Positions 17,101 through 25,218 of a stretch of 34,226 nucleotides of DNA are shown one piece after another (within the stretch, counting starts at the first letter, position 1; each line of letters begins with the position of its first letter). The notes under the pieces were generated by a model. The model saw only the letters and a list, made by a program, of their open reading frames with translations. It had not been told where the DNA came from and made no database searches. The DNA lies in IMG/VR virus record IMGVR_UViG_3300022837_000037, positions 1 to 34,226 of that record; one strand, 5' to 3'. This stretch comes from a virus (taxonomy: Duplodnaviria > Caudoviricetes). The position numbers and the translations under genes were made by a program.

Positions 17101-19088
17101 CTGGAGACGACTCAAAGGACATCAGCTCAGGTAGAATAAATATAACAAGCGCTCGTGTAATGGCTGTGACTATTGTGCCTAAGCCAGCTTTTCAGGAATG
17201 CTTCATACAGATTGTTGACGAACGTACCAACTCCGAGGAGGAGACAATGCAACCAGACGGTATTTACGTAGATAACGTGAACCCTCTAGACGCTTCCGCG
17301 CTAGTTGCCTGCGGAATAGTCGCTGGCGCAATCCCGAACGAGCCTCCAATTAGCTGGTTCGACGACCCAAAGCTTAAAAAAGCCACTCCACTAACTATCG
17401 GAGACGATGGACGCGTGTTTGGTCACATTGCTGCATGGCACGTTGACCACATCGGAATGGCCTTTGGGACAAAGCCTCCTCGCTCTCGCAGCAAGTATTC
17501 GTACTTCCACACGGGGGTAGTTCGCACCGATGACGGTTCGGATGTACCAGTTGGTCAGCTAACTCTTGCTGGCGGTCACGCTGGTCTTGAGGCATCTGCT
17601 CAGCAGGCTGCAAAGCACTACGACGACACAGGGTCAGCTTTTGCTGACGTTCATGCTGGAGAAGACTCTTACGGTATTTGGGTTGCTGGGTCACTACGCT
17701 CTGGAACTTCTCCAGAACAGATTCGTGCAGCTCGTGCTTCAGCACCTTCTGGTGACTGGAGGCCTATCAAAGGCAGCCTAGAACTAGTTGCTGTTTGTCA
17801 GGTAAACGTGCCTGGATTCCCAATCGCCCGAGCAAGAGTTGCTTCAGGGCAAGTTATGGCTTTGGTTGCTGCTGGTGCAAGCATGCTTGCTCAATTAAAG
17901 AGCGACCCACTTGCTGAGCTAAACGCAAGGATTGATGCTCTTGCAGTTGCTCAGTCTGAGCCTCAGCTTGTAGATGCGCGTACTCGTTTTGCTCAGGCTC
18001 GTGAAGAAATTCGCTCTGAGAACCTTAAGCGCATGACCGAATTGTCTGACCGTGTTAAGGGAGCTAAAAAAGAAGACGATGAGTCCATTGAGTACATGAT
18101 TCAAATGATGGACGATGACCCAGAGAATGAACTTGCTGTTGTTCCTCGTCGCGTTCGTCGCCGTCTTGCCAGAGAAGGTAAGGCTATGCCCGATGGGTCG
18201 TTCCCAATCAGAAACATTTCTGACCTACGCAATGCAGTCCGTGCATACGGAAGAGCAAAAGCTGGAGCTAAAGGTGCGGTACGTAAGCACATTATGGTTC
18301 GCGCCCGCGGCCTAAACCGCATTGACCTGCTTCCACCAAAGTGGAGCACCCAGTACAGCGCAGATGGTGAAGAGCTTTCGCTACACGAGCGGACCCTTGC
18401 CATCTCTGAAGCCCTGAGTCTAAAAAAAAGTCCTGATTCCGAAAATTTAGAAGCACTTTTTACTGAAAAGGGTTTTACTGCAGCAGCAGGAGATGAAGAA
18501 GATTTAAAAGGAATAGCGCCTGAAGAGATTGAAGCTCTGAGAGTAGAAAAAACTTCTCGCGAAAACGAAGACGCAACTCCTAAGTTCACTCCTGACACTC
18601 AACCTCGTGATACTTCTGGCAGGTTTCGTAAAGTCCTAGCTCGACTAAAAACAGACCTAGGCATTGCTGGTCTTAATGACGCAGTTGAGAAAGCTGAAGA
18701 GATTGAGAACTTCGATGAGGCGGGGGACGTCGAGCAAGCAACCGAGTCTGCCCAGGAATTAATCGGGATTGTTGACCGATTGGACGCAAAAGCACTTAAT
18801 CCTGAAGCTTTAGAGAACGTTCGTGAGAGTTCTGGGAAGCTAGGCGAGGTAATTGCTAACCTCCCCTTTGAGTTCGGCGAAGAGGCCCAAAAGATTAGGT
18901 ACAGCGATGTGCCCGCCCCTCTGCAGCAGCTTATGGAAGAGATGATTGACCGCGTTGAAGCCAAAATTGGCGACGAAGACGCGGACATAGCTACTGCTGA
19001 CCTAAAGAGATTTATGTCTGGTGGAGACTATTTCAACCAAAGTGAGATTTCTTCCGAGATGGCAAAGCTCTTGAGGCTACTTACCTAA
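14181..19088 (+). CDS. capsid maturation (prohead) protease polyprotein, 1635 aa
   Basis: Protease core EGTETGDGRIF..LPLPLLWQ..GHDGSVVVG..IRGVSADMD (~16780-17220; candidate catalytic His/Ser). Second domain GRVFGHIAAW..GGHA..SGDWR..LELVAV..VNVPGF (~17340-17850). Also RGGTPVG..IAWALWGGD, IRWxxPGDxxRC..C..H..WPG and DUF6582-like AMPDGSFPI modules. Immediately upstream of capsid gene. Confidence 0.85.
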   Translation: MEFHGKHETRLLYTDNERAVIVDTLSNTVVSIDESETLIASAQWDASVAEPEGPSAELARAAVTELDIKVLSANDRMYTIPKSVVSEAKRGLAWRKEEKRGGTPVGLNNARTLLAGGQVGIQKVRHIAKYFPRHEVDKKAKGYKPGEKNYPSNGRIAWALWGGDAAQRWASAIVERENAQGALTSGGYDEYYAQEKLDYGSYAATGVEPDFYIRINLTTGGIDRLYKVDEDGTCKVWDNCSWEDMGNVENDFETYDKALDGPYDRSQKTYIPVDRDTAIACSAMLDNAPMEPVFLKQINFDETEMFEAAMPELDFELLDQFSDETPDFLEEEDEFDDGLMASGVAMFAEQPSVDTSPGVDTPEERSERAETQVRDMMGRFSKNGSTVIIGGDANYKGVITAQDAKNETVTVELANGESVTVAGGLTQQIDTFKSVATSDFPSSNLDFSGILGQPRTPIDQPNAQLPGTLPPLSASNVNTLVGDYNSWAGDQRLAPEYSGDPIPPFVPKAVPDINTALGRYHKGSFNPDGTAKPGWSPATTENVYNEPLLRDWLDSVYGDKSGKGSGQTYSSWYTPKTYSGIDVDDKKSRNEVVGSKNRSDLDKKFDPTRLSVEGLTAAADGKARELTPESTDVKPLYLAIVADDDPQAVMNLVCLIPATTKTTVPVTFIRKPGKWVKDAQILADLNSPTPPPVIVLDTENLAVVTEQIDGESVTASVTVKSHFALTNNSIISALMAAGGADRNKGNAGALRRYWTVGKGGLKIRWNTPGDWTRCNRQLKKYMGPRAKGYCALRHKEMTGVWPGDKNNVGKKKGKALKASAEKQTTELFGLKTEAAIIEMATLRARATSAKSRMAGRIAATPTEHGAKFSIPLVIPEGTETGDGRIFQKGSISMRDLPLPLLWQIKTGNGHDGSVVVGQITYMERTDEGIGNAIGVFDSGEFGQEAERLVRYGFIRGVSADMDKFEADEEAPEDTGDDSKDISSGRINITSARVMAVTIVPKPAFQECFIQIVDERTNSEEETMQPDGIYVDNVNPLDASALVACGIVAGAIPNEPPISWFDDPKLKKATPLTIGDDGRVFGHIAAWHVDHIGMAFGTKPPRSRSKYSYFHTGVVRTDDGSDVPVGQLTLAGGHAGLEASAQQAAKHYDDTGSAFADVHAGEDSYGIWVAGSLRSGTSPEQIRAARASAPSGDWRPIKGSLELVAVCQVNVPGFPIARARVASGQVMALVAAGASMLAQLKSDPLAELNARIDALAVAQSEPQLVDARTRFAQAREEIRSENLKRMTELSDRVKGAKKEDDESIEYMIQMMDDDPENELAVVPRRVRRRLAREGKAMPDGSFPIRNISDLRNAVRAYGRAKAGAKGAVRKHIMVRARGLNRIDLLPPKWSTQYSADGEELSLHERTLAISEALSLKKSPDSENLEALFTEKGFTAAAGDEEDLKGIAPEEIEALRVEKTSRENEDATPKFTPDTQPRDTSGRFRKVLARLKTDLGIAGLNDAVEKAEEIENFDEAGDVEQATESAQELIGIVDRLDAKALNPEALENVRESSGKLGEVIANLPFEFGEEAQKIRYSDVPAPLQQLMEEMIDRVEAKIGDEDADIATADLKRFMSGGDYFNQSEISSEMAKLLRLLT

Positions 19089-19249
19089 TAACCACATCTA
19101 ATCGACTATTCGTACAATCACTACTTTTCAACCTATGTAACATTATATGTAGGTGGAGTGCCTCCACGCCCTGTGCGTATCGGAGTCCCTTGGCCTCGAC
19201 TATAAGCAAGTAGGACATCCGTCCTATGTAACTGCCCTAAGGAGGGACA
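19089..19249 (+). promoter_or_regulatory. structured intergenic leader of major capsid gene (candidate promoter, hairpins, RBS)
   Basis: TACAAT at 19113-19118; hairpins GTGGAG-tgc-CTCCAC (19153-19167) and TAGGAC-atcc-GTCCTA (19211-19226); CCTATGTAAC direct repeat; TAAGGAGG RBS at 19238-19245. Confidence 0.55.
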
Positions 19250-21406
19250 GTGGACCGTATTAAAGAGATGATGAATCAGCTCGCTGAGTTAGGTGCCGAC
19301 CAGGTTACCGAACTACAAGAGCAGATTGTCGCCGAATTCGAAGCGGTTGAGAACGAGGAACCTTCCTCACAGACAGTTGACGCGATGACGTCGCTTGCCT
19401 ACATGCTTGAGGCCGTTCGCGGCGAGGTCAAGCAGCGCGAGGCCGCAGTTCAGGAGCTCGCCCAGCGGGCTGCTGAGGCAGCTAGCCGCGTATATGGCGA
19501 TGACGCTAAAGAAGATATGACTGCTTCTAAAGGCAAAGAAGAAATGAAAGACGAGGAGATGACCTCATCTGACTCAGAGGCCGCTATGGACTCTGAAGAA
19601 GAGAAGGTAGTAACCGAGCCTGACGTTCCTGCAATGCCAGCATCCGAGGAGATGAAAGACGAGGCTCCAGTAGCCGAATCTGAAACTCCAACCGAATCCG
19701 ATTCCGAAATGGAAGAGGACGAAATGGAAAAGAAGAAGACAATGTCCGAAGCATCAACTGAACTGAGTGAGACTACCGAACTCTCAATTGAAAACGAAAC
19801 TGTTTCAGAGGCATCCGCCGAAGAGACAATCACTGCTGCTGCCGAAGAAGAGACAGTTGTTGAAGTAGAGGCCGAAGAGGCTTCTGTGGAGACAGTTGTT
19901 GAAGCTGAAGCTGCAGTAGAGACCGCCGAAGTAGAAGTGTCAACCGAAGAGGTTGCTTCCATTGAAGAGGGTGCAGAAGCTGAAGCTTCTGTGGACTCCG
20001 AAGTAGAGGCCGCAGTAGAGGTAGAAGTTTCAGCCGAAGCCGCAACAAACGAAGAAACCACATCAAACGCAGCTGAATTATCAGCTCAAGAAACTATGGA
20101 GGCACCTGTGACCGCTTCTGCCGAAAATGCAGACAACCTCGACCTAGAGGTACCAGCGGACCGCCGTTTGGCATCCAAGGAGACCGCTTCTCCCGTGGCA
20201 ATCACGGCAGGTGCAGATATCCCTGGATATACAGCTGGCAGTACGCTAGATGACATGAGTACCGTTGCTGAGGCAATGGCAAAACGCCTACACGCGCTTC
20301 GTCGCGTGAACGGTGGGGACGGTGAGCAGCACATTGTTGCATCAATCACTCAGTCCTACCCTGAGAGCCGCACCTTGACCTCAGACGCTGAAAGCAACAG
20401 GCTCAAGATTAGTAATCTTGTATCACCTGAGGCTATCGTTGCGGCTGGTGGACACGTTGCTCCTTTCGAAGCCCGCTACGACGTTTTTGGAAACGGTTCG
20501 ACCGCTCGCCCAGTGCGTGACGCTCTTCCTCGCTTCCAGGCTGACCGTGGTGGTATCCGTTATGTTACCCCACCTAAGCTATCAAGCTATGCTGACGCTG
20601 TTGGTGTTTGGACTGCTGCTAACGATGCAGCTGAGACCCCAAGCCCATCTTCCAAGCTGAGCTTAACTGTTGAAGCTGCTGCAGAGAACACTGTAGCAAC
20701 TGACGCTGTAACCCTACAGCTACAGTTTGGTAACCTTGCAACACGCGCTTACCCTGAGTTGATTTCTCGTCACAACGAGCTTGGTCTAATTCAGCACGCA
20801 CGTGAAGCAGAGCAGAACTTGCTAGCCAAGATTACTTCCGCCTCGACCGCAGTTACTACCACAAACCTAATCGGTTTTGGTCGCGACTTCTTGGTCCAGA
20901 TTGGACGCGCTGCGTCTGCTTACCGTTCACGTCACCGCCTAGAGGCTGACGCTCCATTGCGTATTATTATCCCTACCTGGGTAAAAGACGCCATGGCTGC
21001 TGACCTTGCCTTGTCTATGCCTGGAGACAGCACTCTCAACGCTTACGCTGAGATTGATGGCTACATCGCAAGCCGCGGCGTAATCGTGAGCTACTCATTG
21101 GACCAGAACGTATTCGGTGCTCAGGGTGCAACTGCACTTGTTGAGTTCTCTGACACGTTCACTTGGTACCTATTCGCCGAAGGAACATTCTTGTTCCTAG
21201 ACGGAGGCACCCTGGACCTCGGAATCATCCGTGACAGCACCCTAGTTGGAACCAACGATTACAAGATGTTCGTTGAGACCTTCGAAGGTATTGCTATGGT
21301 TGGCGTCGAAGCTCTCGCTGTTACTTCAACCATCAACGTCAACGGTGCAGCTGCTGCACTTCGCGACACCCTTGGTGGAGTAGCCGCATCAGTCATTGAG
21401 CTCTAA
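19250..21406 (+). CDS. major capsid protein with N-terminal acidic scaffold-like region
   Basis: 718 aa; Glu/Ala-rich N-terminal half followed by ~320-aa domain starting IVAAGG..YD..RPVRDALP.FQADRGGI..GGTLDLGIIRDSTL..NDY..FVETFEG, as recalled for cluster-B-like capsids. Strong RBS. Confidence 0.88.
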   Translation: MDRIKEMMNQLAELGADQVTELQEQIVAEFEAVENEEPSSQTVDAMTSLAYMLEAVRGEVKQREAAVQELAQRAAEAASRVYGDDAKEDMTASKGKEEMKDEEMTSSDSEAAMDSEEEKVVTEPDVPAMPASEEMKDEAPVAESETPTESDSEMEEDEMEKKKTMSEASTELSETTELSIENETVSEASAEETITAAAEEETVVEVEAEEASVETVVEAEAAVETAEVEVSTEEVASIEEGAEAEASVDSEVEAAVEVEVSAEAATNEETTSNAAELSAQETMEAPVTASAENADNLDLEVPADRRLASKETASPVAITAGADIPGYTAGSTLDDMSTVAEAMAKRLHALRRVNGGDGEQHIVASITQSYPESRTLTSDAESNRLKISNLVSPEAIVAAGGHVAPFEARYDVFGNGSTARPVRDALPRFQADRGGIRYVTPPKLSSYADAVGVWTAANDAAETPSPSSKLSLTVEAAAENTVATDAVTLQLQFGNLATRAYPELISRHNELGLIQHAREAEQNLLAKITSASTAVTTTNLIGFGRDFLVQIGRAASAYRSRHRLEADAPLRIIIPTWVKDAMAADLALSMPGDSTLNAYAEIDGYIASRGVIVSYSLDQNVFGAQGATALVEFSDTFTWYLFAEGTFLFLDGGTLDLGIIRDSTLVGTNDYKMFVETFEGIAMVGVEALAVTSTINVNGAAAALRDTLGGVAASVIEL

Positions 21407-21472
21407 GCCCGATTCACGCAATAAGTAATAAGTAAAGCAATGTTCAGAACCCGCAGAGGAGAATAAGGAAAA

Positions 21473-22387
21473 ATGGCTATATTTAGAGGGGTCTTCCCCG
21501 CTACAAAGTTAATTCCCGCTCCCTGCGGGCTTCTGAGCGTTGCAACCACCACTTCCCACACTGGGAGTGAGTATGACGAGCGTTGGATTCGTGGCTTCGA
21601 TAAAGAATTCAACACCATGCCGTCATACGTGCGTCTTCTAACCGTAAACGACGCTGTAGTAACAGGTGGCGAGCTCACAGACAATCAGTCTGAAGCCCGC
21701 TACTTAAACTATGTTCCGTTCTTTATTGATGTAGAAGATTTTGCTTCGACCTTTGGCATTTTAGGCCAAGACAGGTTTGACCGCGTAAAGCAAGAGCTTG
21801 ATGCTGTTACTCAGAAGGCCGTAGAGCTCGAGTTCTGGGATGGCCCAGCAGCTCGTGCGTTAGTCAGCACTGGCCCAGACGTAGAAGAAGTTGGCTCAGG
21901 GAACATGTACATGAGCAAAGCTGGACTATCTACAGTTCCAGTCACAGGAGCATTTGCTCCGCACATTTCTCTTATGTACCTTGAGCAAGCAATCTCAGAA
22001 TCACCAGTAGGCGAAAACGGTGTTATCCACATGACACGCGACATCGCCTCAAACTTAGGCTCTCGTCTCATCTACAGAAAAGGTGATGACGAGCATCCAG
22101 GAAGTGTTATGACACGTCTTGGAACACAAGTAGTTATTGGCTCTGGTTACTCAGGTAATGGCCCAATAGGTGCGACAGGGGCTGCTGCTTCTGTCACTAA
22201 CAAATGGATGTACGCAACTGGTGTTGTTGACGTCCACCTTGGCAAGGTTGAGGTTGTAAACGAAGACTTGGGTCAGGGCGTAGATGCTACAATAAATAAC
22301 ATGAGAATCAAAGCATATCGCCCTGCGGCGGCTTACTCTGACCCCTCAATGCATTTCGCAATGCGAGTGACAATCCCTACTACCTAA
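21473..22387 (+). CDS. second capsid protein (cluster-B-like 'pentamer' capsid protein)
   Basis: 304 aa directly after the major capsid; PCGLLSVA..RW..G, AVExEFWDG, LEQAI..GVIH, TRLGTQVVIGSGY, WMYATGxV pattern. Confidence 0.65.
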   Translation: MAIFRGVFPATKLIPAPCGLLSVATTTSHTGSEYDERWIRGFDKEFNTMPSYVRLLTVNDAVVTGGELTDNQSEARYLNYVPFFIDVEDFASTFGILGQDRFDRVKQELDAVTQKAVELEFWDGPAARALVSTGPDVEEVGSGNMYMSKAGLSTVPVTGAFAPHISLMYLEQAISESPVGENGVIHMTRDIASNLGSRLIYRKGDDEHPGSVMTRLGTQVVIGSGYSGNGPIGATGAAASVTNKWMYATGVVDVHLGKVEVVNEDLGQGVDATINNMRIKAYRPAAAYSDPSMHFAMRVTIPTT

Positions 22388-22426
22388 TGACTAAGTCAAA
22401 ACCAACAACTTATAAGGAGAAATAGA

Positions 22427-23473
22427 ATGGCTACACAGGACTACGCGGCTAGCGTCCAAGGCGTGGCGCTCCGAGTCACTCGACTGGACGGCGCTGGAAA
22501 CATGCTCAACGGAGCAGGAGACAGCTACACGACTACCGCATTTTTGCGTGCATCGTTTACTCCTGAGTACGAAGAGGGCGATGAAATAACAGAGAAGTCT
22601 GCAGACGGCACAATCTGTGTCTCCTACAAGGCTCCTGACACACTGAAGAGAATCACCATGGAAATCGCTATCTGCGAGCCAGACCCAGAGCTTACTGCTC
22701 TTATGTCTGGTGGTCTTCTTCTTCGCAAGAACTTTGGCACCTTCGCCTCGCCTAGCAACCAGAGCATTGGTTGGTCGGCACCTGGCGTTGGAGACGACCC
22801 TGCTGGTAACGGTGTTACTATCGAGGTTTGGTCCTTCGCTGTTAAGGACGGCAAGCGTGCATCAACTCTTCCTTACTTCTACTGGGTCTTCCCATACGCA
22901 AAGCTTCGCCAGTCTGGTGACCGCGTAATTGAGAACGGCCTACTTGCCAACACCTTCGAGGGCTACGGCCTTGGAAACGTTGCATTCGGTAGTGGTCTTG
23001 ACGGCCGCTGGGAGTTCCCAGTTGCTACAGAGCGCCCATACAGCTACGCACGTGGCGACTGGGCACCTGAAGGTCTTCGTGGCTTCTACACTTGGCACAA
23101 CGAGTCCACAAACACTATTAGCAACAAGAGCTTGACCTCTAACGTTGCTACTTTGACTACTGGAACAGCTCACGGTTTCGGAATTGGTCAGACAGTAGTT
23201 GTGGCTGAGTCTGGCTCAGAGTTCAACGGTACTCACCTAATCACAGCTGTCCCTACAGGAACAACCTTCCGCTTTGCTAAGACATCAGCGGATGTTGCTT
23301 CAACCCCAGTGTCACCTGCTGGAACAGCTATCCGTCAGCGTGGCTACATCACAGTCCAAGACTTTGACAGCCAAGGCTCAACCACCACGTACAACGTACC
23401 TGGCGGCGAGTACTACAACCCTGACCTCCCAATTGACTTCATCATTGCGTCAACTGAGGACCCAACAGTATAA
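22427..23473 (+). CDS. major tail (tube) protein with inserted beta-repeat domain
   Basis: GVALRVTRLDG, TPEYEEGDEITEKSADGTICV, ICEPDPEL, IEVWS, YWVFP tail-tube motifs; TAAGGAG RBS; followed by a terminator. Confidence 0.85.
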   Translation: MATQDYAASVQGVALRVTRLDGAGNMLNGAGDSYTTTAFLRASFTPEYEEGDEITEKSADGTICVSYKAPDTLKRITMEIAICEPDPELTALMSGGLLLRKNFGTFASPSNQSIGWSAPGVGDDPAGNGVTIEVWSFAVKDGKRASTLPYFYWVFPYAKLRQSGDRVIENGLLANTFEGYGLGNVAFGSGLDGRWEFPVATERPYSYARGDWAPEGLRGFYTWHNESTNTISNKSLTSNVATLTTGTAHGFGIGQTVVVAESGSEFNGTHLITAVPTGTTFRFAKTSADVASTPVSPAGTAIRQRGYITVQDFDSQGSTTTYNVPGGEYYNPDLPIDFIIASTEDPTV

Positions 23474-23485
23474 TTTAGTTATGAG

Positions 23486-23528
23486 GCGGGTAGTTAACGA
23501 CGACACTGTCGTCAACTGCCCGCTTTTT
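23486..23528 (+). terminator. rho-independent terminator after major tail gene
   Basis: GCGGGTAGTTAACGAC-gacact-GTCGTCAACTGCCCGC 16-bp stem (one G-U, one mismatch) followed by TTTTT. Confidence 0.8.
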
Positions 23529-23546
23529 CTAATCTAAGGAGCCTTG

Positions 23547-24686
23547 ATGAGTAACTTGTGGGTAGATGTAGAAGAGCTTGGCGAATACGCAGACTCTGAT
23601 TACGCATATGATGCAATTAAGACCGCTTCTCACTTGCTCTGGAGTATGTCAGGGCGTAAATTTTCTGGTAGCACCACCGTCACTGAGCGGTACGTTTCTG
23701 CCTATGACCCATATCTTCGCACTGGGACTTCTAGCATGTCCCATGCTCCTCAGCTAATTAATGGAAAAGTAGAGAACGTTGTCAATGGCGGAAACGGTCG
23801 TTATTCAAACCATGACTTTCTTGGAGACGGCACCAACGCTCTTACCCGCGTAAGACTGCGAGGACGCAAAGTTGTTGAGATTCACAACATGCGAGATATG
23901 CAGGGTGAACTCATTGACCCAGACACTTACTACTTAGCAGACCACTCAGTAATTTACGGAACACCAAATGCTTCGTGGACCGCGACAAACGTTGAAGTGA
24001 CTTACACATACGGAACTCCTCCTCCCCCCTCAGGGCGAGCCGCTGCGAGACTTTTAGCCACAGAATTAGTAAAGCTTTATTCAGGAGACGACACCTGCGC
24101 CCTTCCTCAACGTGTGACTTCTGTTGCTCGTCAGGGAGTCTCTTACACAGTACTTGACAACCAAGACTTTATTGACGAGCTCAAGACTGGTATCTACGCA
24201 GTTGACCTCTTCTTGCGTGCTGTTAACCCAGACAAGGCCCGTGCTCGTTCTCGAGTGTTCTCTCCAGACCAGCCTCGTGCTCGTCGAATTATCGGCAAGT
24301 CCCCTGCCTTCGAGCTCAGCTCATACGATTTGTACTTCAACTCTCAGGGTGGCACGCAGGTCTACTACATCAACGAATTTGGTGGAGAGTTCCTTACCGA
24401 AGACAGCGCATGGAACGTGTACGCAACAGTGTCTAATTACAACAGCTCTACAACTACTGACTTCTCAAATGAGGCTCAGCTGGACAGAGTAGACGGTACC
24501 ATTAGAATCGCTCTGGGCTACCCAGCGTTGCTTGGGATATTAGGTCCTCGTAATCCTGGACTAATTGATATATATGCAAGCCGACCAAGTTTAGGAAACC
24601 CTGAGGTCAACGAGATAATCAACCTAGTAACGGGTAACATTATCTATCAGCTAGGTGGCCGCACAACACCAATAGCAATTGCATAA
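23547..24686 (+). CDS. head-to-tail adaptor with C-terminal extension
   Basis: ASHLLWSMSGRKF, VTYTYGTPPP, LATEL..CALPQRVTSVARQGVS, TGIYAVDLFL..VNP..VFSPD motifs. ATG 23547 preferred on spacing from AAGGAG. Confidence 0.75.
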   Translation: MSNLWVDVEELGEYADSDYAYDAIKTASHLLWSMSGRKFSGSTTVTERYVSAYDPYLRTGTSSMSHAPQLINGKVENVVNGGNGRYSNHDFLGDGTNALTRVRLRGRKVVEIHNMRDMQGELIDPDTYYLADHSVIYGTPNASWTATNVEVTYTYGTPPPPSGRAAARLLATELVKLYSGDDTCALPQRVTSVARQGVSYTVLDNQDFIDELKTGIYAVDLFLRAVNPDKARARSRVFSPDQPRARRIIGKSPAFELSSYDLYFNSQGGTQVYYINEFGGEFLTEDSAWNVYATVSNYNSSTTTDFSNEAQLDRVDGTIRIALGYPALLGILGPRNPGLIDIYASRPSLGNPEVNEIINLVTGNIIYQLGGRTTPIAIA

Positions 24687-24705
24687 TACATAAGAAAGAA
24701 ATGAC

Positions 24706-25218
24706 ATGGCAATAGCAGACATCAGTGGCGTAAATGACGACGCTAGGAACTTAGCAACCTTTCTTGGAGAAGTTCTCTCCAAAGTTGTGACTGTGTACGA
24801 CTCCTACAACATGCCTGTCCCGACCCGCAAGTATTACACTTTTGGAGCCCCCGCGGTTGACTGTGAGCAGCTAGTTGTGTCTCTTATCCAGATGTACATT
24901 GGAACTCCTGGCGACGAAGCCAACGAGCCTAGGCGCTGTAACGACCCACGAAGTGCGACTCTTCTTGTCTCTGTATCCCGAGCAGTGCCTGTAGCTCAGG
25001 CTAACGGGAACCCGCCAAACTCTGTAAACATCCAAGACGCTACTGAAGTCTCAGCTTTAGACGCTTGGATTCTTATGGAAAGCGTTAGAGATTTTGACTC
25101 AAGCTGGAGCGGCTTGCCCAGTGGGTTAGGCCTCGGCGTAATCGCAACTGTAGACGTTGACTCCCCCGAAGGCGGATTCCAGACGACCCGTTTGACCATC
25201 ACAATGGCTATTCCATAA
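24706..25218 (+). CDS. neck / tail-completion protein
   Basis: 170 aa; PAVDCEQLVV and PEGG motifs; position between adaptor and tail chaperone. Confidence 0.55.
   Translation: MAIADISGVNDDARNLATFLGEVLSKVVTVYDSYNMPVPTRKYYTFGAPAVDCEQLVVSLIQMYIGTPGDEANEPRRCNDPRSATLLVSVSRAVPVAQANGNPPNSVNIQDATEVSALDAWILMESVRDFDSSWSGLPSGLGLGVIATVDVDSPEGGFQTTRLTITMAIP

Noticed and set aside
3992-19088. Inteins or introns explaining the very long ORFs
   Set aside because: No Hint splice motifs (C/S start with HN-C/S/T end) or LAGLIDADG/HNH motifs recognised; reading frames are continuous.
19450-20061. 203-aa Ser/Thr-rich minus-strand ORF and other antisense ORFs across the window
   Set aside because: Shadows of biased plus-strand codons (Glu/Ala-rich scaffold); fully overlap well-supported genes and carry no motifs.
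23274-23537. 87-aa alternate-frame ORF overlapping the major tail 3' end (possible frameshift extension)
   Set aside because: No slippery site recognised, it runs through the terminator hairpin, and the sequence is not domain-like.
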